Part shown: positions 1 through 12,859 of the stretch, in pieces
Position numbering within the stretch: position 1 is the stretch's first letter
How the letters are laid out: each line of letters starts with the position of its first letter
From: the human T2T-CHM13v2.0 reference genome, Homo sapiens
Assembly (NCBI RefSeq): GCF_009914755.1
Contig: NC_060929.1
Reading direction: 5' to 3' (one strand)
DNA length: 64,000 nt
Translations under genes and position numbers: made by a program
Notes under the pieces: generated by a model
Databases searched by the model: none
Told to the model about the DNA's origin: nothing
Seen by the model: only the letters and a program-made list of their open reading frames with translations

Positions 1-279
1 CATGCAGATTATACCTGGAATCAGGATTCTGAACAACTCCTTCATGAACCGCTCTGCTCATGACCCAGGTTGGGAAAGAGGCCCATCTGTCTGCTAGAAT
101 CAGCGGGAAACAGTGATGGTAAAGGCATGAGCCAAAGGTTCTGAAGGTGGGAAAATGTACACACACAAGACTCGCTGCCTGACTCCTTGGACAAAGACAG
201 ATGCTGGCTTGGTGTGATTTAAGGGACACCAAGATAATTCGCCAAATCTCTTTCCTATCAACAAGAAAAACAAGCAACG

Positions 280-466
280 CAGTATAATGAAGAGAGGATT
301 GTGCTAGGCCTGGGGAGGTCCGAGTCCAAATCTTGGTTCCATGTTATATTGATCTAGCTACTTCACCTTTCTGGGACTCAGTTTCCTCATAACAAGTTAT
401 TCTGAGGACTAAATGAGATCATGTATTAAGTACCTGGTACAATAGTAGCCACACAGTACACGCTCA
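280..466 (+). mobile_element. MIR SINE fragment
   Basis: MIR core-like 'cttcacctttctgggactcagtttcctcat...tgaggactaaatgagatcatgta'. Confidence 0.7.
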
Positions 467-604
467 TTCTGTGGTAGCTTCTATTCTGCAACAGCAGGGA
501 CCTGCTTTTGACCTAAGCATTGTTAGGTTGTCACTATTGCCCTTCTGTAAATGAAAGTATAACAAGGAGTTGCTCTGCACACCCATAGATAAATACACAG
601 GTAA

Positions 605-916
<312 letters not shown>

Positions 917-2212
917 TGAAGAAAACGGATGCTTTTATTTCTCCATATAATGGAATTCAGAAGTTCTGCACATACATCGAAGAATATTTTAAGAATAACA
1001 ATTATTCACCTGGACACTTCCAGACAAAACCAAAGGTTTGAATCCATGCTGGCATAGAAGACACAAGAAAGGGAAATCACAAATGACACAGTGGGAGCAC
1101 AGGAGTCTCACTCTCAGCGGGCCTGTGGCCAGTGACATTCTTCAGTTTTCCTTGCCATTGTCTGCTGCCCAATCAGCTCTACTTGGTAGAAGGAGCTGGC
1201 CACTGGATCCAGATGGAGCTGCTGGGAATGAATGCCACACTGGGCAAGCAGGGCCCTGTGGTTCCATAGGGAGGCGAGAGTACCAGGACTGCTCAGTGGA
1301 GAAGATGGGCACAAATTGAAACAAACCAAACTGCTTGACTGAATGCTGCTGCCCAGAAATATAATTGAGGGAGGCTAGGATTGGAGTGGGAATCAGTGAA
1401 CCTGGTTAGAGCTTTCTGGGGTAACTCAGAGGAAAAATTATGCAAAGTGAGTTGGGCAAATTAACTGTAGGAACTACCCTGATTTAGCAAGAGATAAGAT
1501 AGGGAGGAGTCTAGAGCAGAGAATGGAAAAAACAGGCAAAGCAAGGCCCAGTGCACAGGGCCCAGGCTGCCTCACCCAGACAGCTTCAGGAACTTGGATA
1601 GGAATACTAGAGATAAAGCATATTCTAGTCCCCAGGACCTGGGGCCTCAGTTCGAAACCTTTCTCTGTCTCTTTTTTTGCATGTAAATATAAAACAATGG
1701 CTGGCCACTAATGGTTGTTTCTCCCCAAAGTAAAACACAGACAAAGAAAACAAAAAGTTCCACCAGCCAGACGTAAACTAATGATATATGTTCCAGGTAA
1801 GTGGTTATCTGCAAATCTGTCTTAGATCAAAGAATTCTCTCTCTCTTTTTTATTTTTGGTCTGTGAACAGGCAGGAAAAACTGGGGTTTCCCAGGCATGC
1901 ACACTTACTTGCTGCTCAAAGAAACACTCAATCTGTTAGAACTTTTTGATGGCATGTGAGGCCTAGGGTGTGATTTCCATTATCTATTAAATGGTAAGTA
2001 CGTAATAAGCATAGTAGATTTACAGTAGAGTCTATCTCAGTGAAGATGTTATTGCTAGAAATATTTATTAAAATTTTCTAAAAATATTCACTTATGCTGT
2101 GTAAGAAAAATGCTGCGTAGGATGCTAAAAGTGGCGTAAAATATTAGCAAAAAACCTACCCTCTCAGAGTGTACATTCTAGGAAAAATGATGCGACCTCA
2201 AATAATGCTCCC

Positions 2213-2358
2213 CGACTATTATCTGAGTATTTGCTATATGCAAAATGCTTTGTGCACATTGTTTACTTAATCCTCACAATAACCGATGAAAGAGATTAAA
2301 TTATCTCAATTTTACTGAAGTTCAGAAAGATTGAATAACTTGCCTAAATTCACATGGT
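2213..2358 (-). mobile_element. MIR fragment
   Basis: 'ttaatcctcacaataacc...tctcaattttactgaagttcagaaagattgaataacttgcctaaattcacatgg'. Confidence 0.7.
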
Positions 2359-2484
2359 CACATGGTAAAAAAGACATCTATTGTTTCATCTATCTACATC
2401 TCCTCTTCTTTTTTTTCAATCCCAATCTCTTTCTTCTGAGGATCTGGTCTTCAAGATCCCCCTGTCCCTAATGCGCGAGTGCAT

Positions 2485-2485
<1 letters not shown>

Positions 2486-2525
<40 letters not shown>
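2486..2525. repeat. (CA)20 microsatellite
   Basis: Pure CA run read directly. Confidence 0.97.
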
Positions 2526-2529
<4 letters not shown>

Positions 2530-2530
2530 A

Positions 2531-3633
2531 TGTGCTTCTATTGGGCCAATCATAGACCTCTGCATTCCTGATCGTGTGATACAAATCAAACCAATCAGAG
2601 TTCTTCTTTGGTGTCTTCAAATTGGAACTAAGGTGAGAGAGTTCCTTCTTTCTGACCCTCTTGTGAAATGAAGCTTGGGCACATGAACTTTGGGGTTGCC
2701 AAAACACATAGTTCTAGCCTGTTGGAAGATGCTGGTCTGAGGAAAGAGAGTCAATACCAAGAAATAACTAGAAATATGAAATAAGAGACATCAAAGACAG
2801 CAGTGTGCTGGTCATTAACAACTAGTTCTCCAAATGTAGTTCTGACACAAATGGTGGTTGGTAATTTTCTTTAGGTGAGTAAAATGAAAGTAAATCAACA
2901 AAGACACATACTGGAGCTTGACTCACTTTTCAGTGATATGACTGACTGCTTTGCCAAGTCAAATAATTGTTCTTAAAATCTGAAAGATCTTAGCAATTTT
3001 CGATGCTATTCACAATGTAAGAACTGCAGATACAACACACTTTCAAGTTCAATTTGCATTGTCAACATTTTCTTCCTCACTTTCTTAAGTCTAGAATCTA
3101 GACAATCAACAAAACAATAGATTAAGCCTTGGTTTTAAGCATTCATTCATTTCTATGGTTTAAATGCCTCCACTACGGACATTTTCAAGCTTCCAACATG
3201 ACATCAATACATATGAAGTTGGAAAGAGATGTATAATAGCACACCACTGTACAGGGTTTCCACCATACCAATACCACAGATATGAAGAATCTCAAAGGTG
3301 TAGATAATAGCAAAATGCGGTAAAATAATTGAGAAGTAATGAGGTTTTAGAGTTTATTACTTTTGTATTTAATACAATTTTTACTCATGAGTTTATATCA
3401 TTTATTTTTTAATAATGTTATATTTAACAACTGGCTTACAAAATCCCTCAAAATCAAACAGTTGGCTCTCAAGAACTAGCGCGAGCCACATTCAGCACCC
3501 CACAGGCTCCATTTATTCCTAAGAATAAACTTATTCCCACCCTGATTTCAGGAGCCTACAAATGCTCTAATTTGTTCAACCTAGAGATAAAGTGTCTTTT
3601 CAGTTGCTTGCAACCAAAAGAATCTTAGCTAAT
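2531..3633 (+). mobile_element. Old MLT1-type MaLR LTR, interrupted by MER63
   Basis: 'ggccaatc...ccaatcagagttctt' at the 5' side and MLT1-like 3' end 'gttgcttgcaaccaaaagaatcttagctaat'. Confidence 0.5.
2801..3505 (-). mobile_element. MER63-family hAT-Blackjack DNA transposon relic
   Basis: Degenerate TIRs 'cagtgtgctgg' / 'cagcaccccacag'; internal 'ttcttaagtctaga...caatcaacaaaacaata' and 'gtaaaataattgagaagtaatgag' match the recalled MER63 consensus. Confidence 0.75.
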
Positions 3634-5178
3634 TTAAGAAGTCCCTCTTGGCTACAGTGGACAGGGAAGGCTTCGTCAAAGAGACAGAGCTAAAGCGCCC
3701 ACCTCTGAAGGCCAATTTTCCAGACGACTTAGTTTCATTTTTTTGAAAAAATTGAAGAAATAACCATGCCCCCCACTTTGATAAAAGGAATTTTCAACTC
3801 TGGAAAACCTGGCCATGCTGTGCCACGATCCCTTTAAATGTCTTCCCAGATGAAGAATGTTTCATCAGCTGAACGGAGCCTCCAACCCCTGCAGAACCTG
3901 GGAGGATGTTAGCAGCTCACAGCCCTGCTCCCAGGAGGCTCGGCATCATTCTGTGAAACTGCACAGGGTGGAGCCCTGGCTTCTCCCTGGAGAGGAAGTA
4001 GCTGCAGGAATGCCAGATGTGGCATTCCCACAGCAGCTGGTGGAGGGGCCGTGTCTCCCAGCATGAGGAGCAGCTGCAGAGACTGAGCCCCAGAAGTTTG
4101 CACAGGCCAAGGAGAACCCAAGCTACCTGGGGCCTGAGGCAACACAGGCTGATAAATAGAGCATAATTTGGGTCTGATTCTCCCACCCTGCCTTTGTCTC
4201 CTTCCACCGGTGTTTAGTAAACCTTTTTAAAGAGTTATTCCAAGTGCTTTTTCAAGCCTCTAATCTGTCTTCAAAAATATCCTGGAGGAGGAAATGAAGA
4301 TTGTTTGCTGCAGAAGACAAGGTGGAAATGGCCAGGAAAAGTCTCTTCTGAACACCTAGATGAAAGCCACAAATGAGGGTGGGGAGAGCTTGGACAGAAG
4401 CCAGCCAGGGCTACTGGCCTGCCTGTCCTGCAGTTTTTAAACTAAGGGGTAACTGAAGTCCTCTGCTCTGTGTGAAGGCCAGGGGTGGGGGATGCGGCGG
4501 AGGAGAAGTCGGGGTGGAGAGGCTGTGGACAAAAAGGATGAGAGGGCTAGAGGTGGGGGAATGAGAGGAAATCAAGTATGAGCTCATCTTAGGTCTTGTT
4601 TAATGTACGGTTTTGGGGGGTGGGGTAGGAGATGGACCTTCAGCCCTGCATCCAAAGTTGATTAAAATCCTGAAATTTTTCATAATTGGACCTCATTAAT
4701 AAATTCCTCAGGGTTCCAGGAGGCTCTGTAGAGGTAAAACAAGGGTTTGGAGAGATGAGAGCAACAGGAGGTTGGAAGATCCCAGACCACAGAGTTAATT
4801 CCACTTAATCAGCCTGGAGAAACTCCACATTTACAACACATCCGAGGACTCAATGAGGCCTCCCACCCTCTGCAGCACGGCAGGGATTTTTCTCATTTAC
4901 TTCTCCCTTATTTTTTAACCCCTATTTCCAACATGAATAATAAGCTGCCCCACAAGTTAGCACTAATGCTCCTCTTCTCTCCGGAGGAAGTTTACTGTGT
5001 CTGCGGTAGGCATAACTCCAGAGCTTGGGGAAGGGAGGATTCCACCTCCCAGCCTCCTCTCTTCGTTTTGCCACCCACCATCTCCCACCACCCCCTGCTC
5101 CACTTGCTTCCTCGCCTCTCACTTTTGAGAACATATATTCTCAGTTGTTAGCTTGTCCTCCAATTCACACATAATCTC

Positions 5179-5693
5179 TGTGATGCTTAATTTTATGTGT
5201 CAACTTGGTTGGGCTAAAGGATGCCCAGATAGCTAGTAAAACATTATTTCTGGTTGTGTCTGTTAGAGTATTTTTGGAAGAGATTAATACTTTAATTGGT
5301 AGACTGAGTAAAGAAGATCATCCTCACTAATATGGCCAGTCATCACCTAATCAATCCATTGAGGGCTGAATAGAACAAAAAGGCTGAGGAAGGGAGAAGT
5401 CAGTCTCTTCTGCTTGAGCTGGGACATCCATCTTTGCCCTCAGACATCAGCCCTCCTGGTTCTCTAGCCTTTGAATTTGGACGGGGATTTACATTAGTGC
5501 CACACCCTCCCTTGCTTCTCAGACCTTTGGGTTTGGACTGGAACTACTGCCCCAACTTTCCTGGCTCTCTAGCTTGCATACAGCAGATTGTGGGACTTTT
5601 CAGCCTCCATAATTACGAGAGCCAAGTTCCATAATAAATCTCTTTCCATATATCCTATGAGTTCTATTTCTCTGCAGATTCCTGACTAATACA
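5179..5693 (+). mobile_element. MLT2B-type ERVL solo LTR, full length
   Basis: TG...CA ends: 'tgtgatgcttaattttatgtgtcaactt'...'cctgactaataca'; AATAAA at ~5633; 5-bp TSD ATCTC/ATCCC. Confidence 0.9.
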
Positions 5694-6642
5694 ATCCCAA
5701 ACCTTGAATTGAGACATTAGCATTAGCTTGTTGCCATGCCAAATCTTTAGTGGCTAACAAGTGGCAAGCTTGCTTGGTTTGTAATGTATCTTTTCTCTTT
5801 CCGTTACTAAAAGTGAGCCTGAGCTGCAAAACACCCAACAACCAGATACTTCAGAAAAAAAGCAAACAAGAAACAAAGAGCCTGAGCGATGCCCAAACTG
5901 GGAAGCCAATCTCTGAATAGGAGTGGGCCAGGGTCAAATGCAGGCTTTTGTCAGGGATCCAAATGGCTCATTCTCGTAGCATCTATATCTTGCAAATGTC
6001 TCCTTCCTTTCTTGAACATTTTAGTGAGGAGAGTTACCCAGCAAAACTATGTGGCACGGAAGGGGCATTGCAGTTCAACCTCAAGAACCATCCCCAAGAA
6101 CCATCACATAAACACCAAGGTGGCTGGTCCTCAGCACAGGACTCACTCTCATGTCTTCTATGAGATGTGACTTTTTTCACTGTGCAGGCTAGGGTTGAAC
6201 TACAGAGAAAAGGGAGTAGAGAAGGAGGGAGAAGGGAGAAAGGGTCAATTTAGCAATGGCAGTGGAACCTGAGAAGGAAAGTCATCCCAGATGTGCAGCT
6301 ACCTCCTTACCACACCCTCAACCCATGCCCATCTCCACACCCCAATTTCAAGCTGGGGAGCAAGAGAGCAGGCTGCCTCCTTCACTTCCAACTTTGCCTC
6401 TCTTTTCCTATCCCCCTGCTAGTGTGCATTTGGAATGTTCCTTTCTCTTCACTCTTCACCATTCTGTGCTTTAACATCCCCTCATCCCATCCCAATACAG
6501 AAAAATAAAAGGTTTCTTTTTGTTGTTCTCTTACAATTACAGAGAAATCTCAGGGGACCCAATACTGACATGAACTGGCCCAGCTCTCTCTACCTACCTT
6601 GGGAACGAGTCCAGGAGGCTTCAAAATCCTGCCCCCAGGGTT

Positions 6643-7312
6643 TGATTCCAACTATTTGACATTCTGGAAAAGTCAAAACTATGGCGACAGGAAAACATCA
6701 GTTGTTGCCAGTGGGAAGGAGTGAGGGAGGGATGAATAGGTATAGGTGGAGGACAGAGGATTTTGAGGATATTGAAACCACTCTGTATGATACTATAATG
6801 GTGGGTACATGTCACTATATAGATGGTCCTGGACTTACAATTTTTTGGCTTTATAATGGTGTGAAACCATTGCAATTTCGATGCACTTTGAATTTCTAAT
6901 TTTGATCTTTTCCGAAGCTAGTGACAGGGTACATGAAATATTCAACACTTTATTATAGAATAGGCTTTGTGTTAGATGATTTTATGCAAATATAGGATAA
7001 TGTAAGTGTCCTGAGCATGTTTAAGGTAGGTTAGGTGTATTAAATGCATTTTCAACTTACAGTGAGTTTATCCAGACATAACCGCTTCTGAATTGAGGAG
7101 CATTTGTACATTTGTCCAAGCCCATAAAATGCACAGCACCAAGAATGAACCCTAATGTAAACTATGGGTTTTGGGTGTTAATGATGTGTCAATGTAGGTC
7201 CTTCTGTTGTAACAAATGTACCACTCTGGTGGGGATGCTGGTAATGGGAGAAGCTATGCATGTGTGGGGGCAGGAGGTATATGGGAATTCTCTGTACCTT
7301 CCTCTCAAAAAA
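6643..7312 (+). mobile_element. L1MC-type 3' end, interrupted by MER47A
   Basis: 'gattccaactatttgacattctggaaaag' and 'gaaccctaatgtaaactatgg...taacaaatgtaccactctggtggggatg'. Confidence 0.8.
6820..7106 (+). mobile_element. MER47A-like Tigger-family MITE
   Basis: Ends 'tagatggtcctggacttac' / 'aattgaggagcatttg' flanked by TA; internal 'taggttaggtgtattaaatgcattttc'. Confidence 0.8.
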
Positions 7313-8089
7313 AGCATTTTATGTGATAATAGATTATGATTAATGAATGCTTGTTCTACACTAAATTTTCAAAAAACTAATTCTGACCCTCGGCATTGGT
7401 ACGGCATCCCTCAGGAGGCAGGACAGTGATGTGTGCTCATCTCCTACCTGCTACCTACAGCCTGGGTCACGTTTCACCCTGAACTGGGCTTTTCAGGGCT
7501 TGGCCAGGTTCCACCTGGAATTTCACCCTTAAAAAGTGAAGGGTGGATGAAGAGGGGGTTCACTTTTTACTCCACATATATTTATAACTTGGAATTTTAC
7601 AAGAATACCTCCATGTATTTCTTCTATAAAAGTAAAATAAAATAAAATAAATAGAACTTTGCAATATTAGTTAAGCCTCTGATTTCAATTATAAACCAGG
7701 TGTCTGCTTGAACATTTCCACTGTCGTGGATCCCTTATACTTGGTCTGTACCCCGCATATGATGCCTAAGATGGATGAATCCCCTCCCTGTGATTTTCCT
7801 GCCTTTATTCCTCTTCGTCCTCTGCCTTGGCCCTGCTGCCTCAATGGAGCCCTGTAGCAGTGTGTCACAGACTCCAACCCCTTCTCTGTTTCTACAGGAA
7901 ACCCAGGCTCACTCAGCTTTTCATGAGTTTGGTAACTCCATGGGGAGTTGTGAGAAGGCATCGCAGGACTCCATCCCCAGCTCCTGCTGCCCCTATCTCA
8001 GCCCCTTGGGGAGTAAACTCCACACCCTCCCACTGCCTGCCTTCCTTGACACCCCCACTGGAACTCTCATGAATCCATTCCTTTCAATC

Positions 8090-8760
8090 TTCTTCCAAAG
8101 TAACAGAAGCTAACTCTAGCTAACTTAAACCAAAAGGGGAAATATGTTAGGATGAGAGGGTCTCAGGAAATCCAGATGGACCATAAGAAGATCTGTAGAG
8201 CCCTGGCATCTCTGGGCCTCTCCTCTCTATGAAATGGAGATGGCTGCCATCCACAGGGTGGCTGTGGGTAGGGGATGCTCTCTTTACCTGAAGCATCCAG
8301 TTTGCAGTGGGTTCTCAGGAAATATTGATTCTCTTCTTCCCTTACGTAGGCCCTTGACCCCATGAGAGTGATCTTTCTACAACACCATGTGGCCAGGCCA
8401 CTTCCTTGCTTAAAACCTTCTGTGCCTCCCCAGATCCCTCAGCATAAAGTCCTAGCTCCTCCATCTGCAGTGTTTTTTCTCTCTGCAGTTATCTATCTCT
8501 GCTTCTCCATCCATGCAGTGGGCTGTAGCTGTCCCTTAGCACCCAAGTGTCCAGCTACACAGAAAGAAAACTGGCTCCTCAGTTTCAGACTGGAAAGGAG
8601 TATCAGACTGGCCCTTGTCTAACAATCTCAACCAGGAGGAAAGGGGTCGTAGAACAATGGGTCACGCGAAAGGGGAACGATCCACAGCTAGGCATGCTCA
8701 GGCGTGATCACAATCTTGCAGATGGCTAAGTAAAATTCCTCTGAAGATTTGATATTTGGG
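8090..8760 (-). mobile_element. Old MLT1-type LTR remnant, interrupted by a duplicated segment at 8210-8460
   Basis: 'aagtaacagaagctaactctagctaacttaaaccaaaagggg' resembles the reverse-strand MLT1 3' end; LTR-like sequence resumes after 8460. Confidence 0.45.
8210..8460 (+). repeat. Copy 1 of ~250-bp local direct duplication (copy 2 at 8905-9158)
   Basis: Shared blocks such as 'gtgggttctcaggaaatattgattctcttcttcc' and 'atccctcagcataaagtcctagctcct'; roughly 85-90% identity by eye. Confidence 0.93.
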
Positions 8761-8811
8761 TATAGTTTCAAAAAGGGGATTTGTTTTGTTTTGTTTTCAT
8801 TGAATGGAAAC

Positions 8812-9035
8812 AAAGCACAGATTTTGAAAACAAATCCATTTGGTTTTGAATCTCTGCTTGGTCACTTAATAATAACTGGGCAGTGTTGAGAAAGCCACTT
8901 AACCCCTCCGGTCCTCAATGTCCTCATGTATGAAGTAGAGATGGCTGCCGTTCACAGGATGGCCATGGGTGTGGGATGCTCTCCCTCTTACCTGAAGTTT
9001 GTGGTGGGTTCTCAGGAAATATTGATTCTCTTCTT
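8812..9035 (+). mobile_element. MIR
   Basis: 'ttggttttgaatctctgc...gagaaagccacttaacccctccggtcctcaatgtcctcat'. Confidence 0.6.
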
Positions 9036-9049
9036 CCTTTACATAGGTC

Positions 9050-9450
9050 CTTGATGCCATGAAAGTGATCCTTCTACAACACCATGTGGCCATGCCACTC
9101 CCTTGCTTAAAACCCTTCTGGGGCTCCTCATATCCCTCAGCATAAAGTCCTAGCTCCTCAAGATAACATAAAAAGCCCTGAAAGCACTCTCTGCCCTCCT
9201 CTCCACTCATTCCCCACCACTTCTGTGCCCCTGCCATGGAAACAACTTACCGTTCCCAGCACCCCTCGTGCCCTCTCTCCTTCCCTTCTCCTCTTTCCCC
9301 CACTGACTCCCCAATCTTGTCTGTCTAATGTCTACTCCTTCCTGGGGTCTATTTACTCAGGAAAATCTTCTTTGGCCATCACTTCCATCCATAATGCTGT
9401 ACTGAGTCTCTTCCAGATGCTCCTGGTTAGAACCCTCCTCAGTGTTCCTG
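9050..9450 (+). mobile_element. L2 fragment
   Basis: 'gtgatccttctacaacac...catgccactcccttgcttaaaacccttc...cataaagtcctagctcct'. Confidence 0.7.
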
Positions 9451-9489
9451 AGAACCAGCCTAGACAGTGAGAATGGCCTCAGAAACTCT

Positions 9490-9760
9490 ACTTTGCAAGG
9501 CAGTCCAGTCCACTGCTATCTCCTAGAAGGTTCTACCACTCCCATCCTAATTGGCAGTAGAGCCAAAAATGCCTCTCCATAATTTTCATCCAATGATCTT
9601 AGATTTTACCCTAGAACAGCCTTCAAATTACTTGGAGCTTGAATCTTACTACCCCTAATCTATCTTTCCATTCCTTTTACTGGACCTCAAGAGACGTGGT
9701 CCAGCGAACATCTATCATCCTGTAATATTCTTTAATTTGTCAGTATTCTTCTCAATCCCT
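9490..9760 (-). mobile_element. L3/CR1 fragment
   Basis: 'ggcagtccagtccactg', 'tgcctctccataattttcatccaatgatcttag', 'acagccttcaaattacttg' resemble the L3 3' region. Confidence 0.5.
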
Positions 9761-10099
9761 GGCGCTCTTAGGTGAGTCCAACCACCACCTCCTTCATTAT
9801 GGATCCTACAGACCTATGCAGCCTCAGACTTAGGGGCCTCTTTATCCAGGTAAGCCACCCTGCCTAGGTCCCGTGAGCTTCTGGTTAACCATGCCCCCTC
9901 CAAGCCCTTAGCATATGACCTGCTGCAGTGCCATGTCCAATCTCTCCCCATTCCCAGGCTCATGGAAGTGCCTAAAGTTACACAACAAGCCAAGGGCAGA
10001 GACTAGGAGATATCTCAAGATTTATAATCTCTAGTCTAGCATGGTTTAGCAATTCACTTGTCCACAATTCTTTGAGCTGATGGCCTTATATATGTTAAT

Positions 10100-10325
10100 A
10101 ATAATAAGTATGGCTAATACATATTGAAGGTTTACTCTGTGCCAGGATAGGCTAAGAAATATATGTGAGTTTTCTCATTTAAGCCTCACAACAAGTCCTT
10201 AGGAATTTTACAGATGAGGAAACTAAAGTTTAGGGAGATTAAGAAATGTAATCCACTAGCTTAATAGAATGAAGGCTTAGGTTAGACATCAAAGCAATAA
10301 GATCTCAGAGCATATTAAATACGAC
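10100..10325 (-). mobile_element. MIR
   Basis: 'ctcatttaagcctcacaacaa...attttacagatgaggaaactaaagtttagggagattaag'. Confidence 0.8.
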
Positions 10326-11624
10326 AGCTGTGAACTCCCATATTTATTTTCTAAAATTAGGAATTTCCTAATTTAAGCCCTCCCAATGACCAGACTTGAT
10401 TTCAATTAAACACAGAGGAAGATAACTCACATCAATCAAGTGAAGTCTGGGGGTACAGAGTACTAGCACAGCCCCCAGGGCACAGTCCTCTCAAGTGTTC
10501 TTCTAGGCATGGACAGGCCCCTCCTTACAAAATGTTCAGAAGTCCTAGAGCTTTTGCCTCATCCACTCACCCTGTTTCTAACCCCGAATGTGGTGTGAGA
10601 ACAGGTCTTGCAGCCTTGCAAAGCTTCTGTAGACATCTGCTGTCTCTCTTACATTTACATAACAAGGCTCATCTCTGATTAATTAATTTGATGACCTCCA
10701 GTCAATCTGGTGTCCGAACTTCAAACTGTGGTAAAACCTTATTTATCTATTTAACACAATTCCAAGCGTTCCTTATATTCCATTTTTAAAGCCAGTAATA
10801 GCTTCTTTTTATAGCTAAACCATGAAATGAGAAACTGGCATTGCGTTAGATTGGTTCCTAGGTAAAAGAGTGCTCATAAGGCTAGTGGCTTTCTGGTAAC
10901 ACTGATCCACCTGGGACTGGTGGGTAAAGATGTCCTCAATCCCATCCCATCCCTTGTAATCCCTGTACAATGAAGACAGCTTTGTCCACCAAACCTTTCA
11001 CCCACTCCTGGAGCTCAGGAGGATGAGAGGCTGTCAGCCAATGTTCTGGACAAATGCTCCCCATGGAAATTTCTGCTAATTGAACTCAGATCTTGCCTTG
11101 CTTGTTCTGAAGCAGGATCAGAGATCTGACTGCTGACTGTGTGGCTTCCCAGAAGATTTAGAAACATGCTTGATGTGGGTATGGGATAGGGACAGGGGAA
11201 TTCTTGTGGCCTGGGGGCAGAGGAGGGCTCCAAACACAACATCAGGGCTTGGCAAAACCCAAGAACACTATGCCAAGACCTTTTCCCTTCACTTGTAAGC
11301 CCATATGCATTTGAAAGGGAACTTAGTCCTCATTTCAGGAGTGAGTACACATTAGTCATCAGTGCACAGTGATAGTAGCACTGGGGACTCATACCTAGAA
11401 TGCCCCCCCCCTTTTTTTCCTATCCAATTTCTTCTTATCCACCAGAATCCAGTTTATTTTTACCAGGACTTCTCCATCAAGTCTAGCTCACAGTAACTAC
11501 TAGCCTATGACAACATAACACTTGTTGCTAGAAAGATATCTCTTGACATGTTCAGCCTTAAGGCATCTTTTGAAATTTTTAGACTATGTGTATTTATACA
11601 CATATACATGCATGTGCATATTAC

Positions 11625-11752
11625 AGTTTTTCATGCACTTACTCAAAAACTGTTTACTGACAACCTACTGCTGCCAGACACTGAGCTGGGTACTAGGGAC
11701 ATGATGGAGAACAAGATAAGCAAGGTCTTGACCCTTACAGACCTCACAGTGG
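11625..11752 (-). mobile_element. L2 3' end
   Basis: 'tttactgacaacctactgctgccagacactgagctgggtactagggac'. Confidence 0.7.
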
Positions 11753-11767
11753 GGAACTCTATGGCTC

Positions 11768-12321
11768 GATGACTATATCCACAGGATTTTAATTTATGGA
11801 GGTGACCAAGTGATGACACAAAGAGCCTGATGCTATTAAAAGAAGATATTTATCACTTACCTTTCCCCCAGAGAAGGCACACAACACCATGCAAGGCCAC
11901 CTAGGGAGCACCCGGTTTTGGTCAGGAGGCAGAAGCAGGAGCAAGGAGGGAAAAGTCTAGGCTGGAGTTTTCATTGGGGTTTCTGCAGGAGAACTAAAAC
12001 TGGGCAGAGTAAACAGTTTCAGGTTGGCTAGTTTGAATCATTCTGGCAGGCTTTGGGCTCTAGGAGTGTTCTCTAGTTGTCTGATACCTGGCCCTGGAAT
12101 GAATTAGGGCAGATAAATACCGGACTGGTATATGAGAGTTAAAGGGGGTTACTGAAGGTATAGACTCTGTTGTTCTATTGGTTTGTTTGCCTATGAAAGG
12201 CGAGCCTTTTGTTATCTGTAAGACAGACCCTAGGAGGGTCAGTCTCTCCCCGGACAGCAAAATTTTCAAGATGTCAAAACATCATAAAATTCAAAACATT
12301 TTTAAAAACACTATTAATACA
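11768..12321 (-). mobile_element. MER54/MER74/MER88-family ERVL LTR
   Basis: Reverse complement begins 'tgtattaat...ttttatgatgttttgacatctt' and contains 'ccagggccaggtatcagacaactag' and 'ttcaaactagccaa', also present in the LTR at 41765. Confidence 0.8.
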
Positions 12322-12322
12322 C

Positions 12323-12700
12323 TGTATCCATCAGGGCTCAGAATGGACAACAGAACATACTGTAGATATTTGAAACAAAAAGGATTTAGTGTAGGAACAG
12401 AGTGTTTATGAAATTACTGAAAGGGCTGAAGAGGAAGTCTCAGGGTCCACCAATGGATAATGTATTTTAATGGCATACGGTTCTAACTTGGATCTGGAAG
12501 TAGCAAAGATGCTGCTGCTACCAATACTGCTGTCCCCTCCAGAATGACATATCCCCACAAAGCTGGTGACTAGACATGGAATGCTGGTCCATCTGCCACA
12601 ATTGACTCAACCATCTATATAACCTTGCTTAGCAGTAAGAGAACATTATGTGTATTTCTGAGTTTCGCAAGTACAGGAAGGAGGGGACAACTGTGGCCAC
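12323..12700 (-). mobile_element. Old ERVL LTR (LTR33/LTR41-like)
   Basis: 'tgtatccatcagggctc...aacagaacatactgtagatatttgaaacaaaaaggatttagtgtaggaa'. Confidence 0.45.
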
Positions 12701-12859
12701 ACATTTCTGTGTTCTATATAGTATAACACACAAATGAAACGTGATAAACACGCAAGACTGAACTGCCTCTCTGTCCTTCAATTGATAGGTTTTTATGCCA
12801 GAAGGCTGTCCAGCTAACATTTCTATTCTAGGCTGGACTGGTCTGTCTGTCCCACACTT

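Noticed and set aside
3690-3712. Partial CTCF-like motif (also near 48690 and 58741)
   Set aside because: Each mismatches core positions of the CTCF consensus
3850-4207. GC-richer segment with an upstream AG and overlapping 69-96 aa ORFs
   Set aside because: No similarity to a protein I recognise and no convincing donor; cannot support an exon or pseudogene
4480-4630. G-rich stretch as a possible G-quadruplex
   Set aside because: G-tracts occur in pairs separated by long loops, so there is no compact four-tract motif
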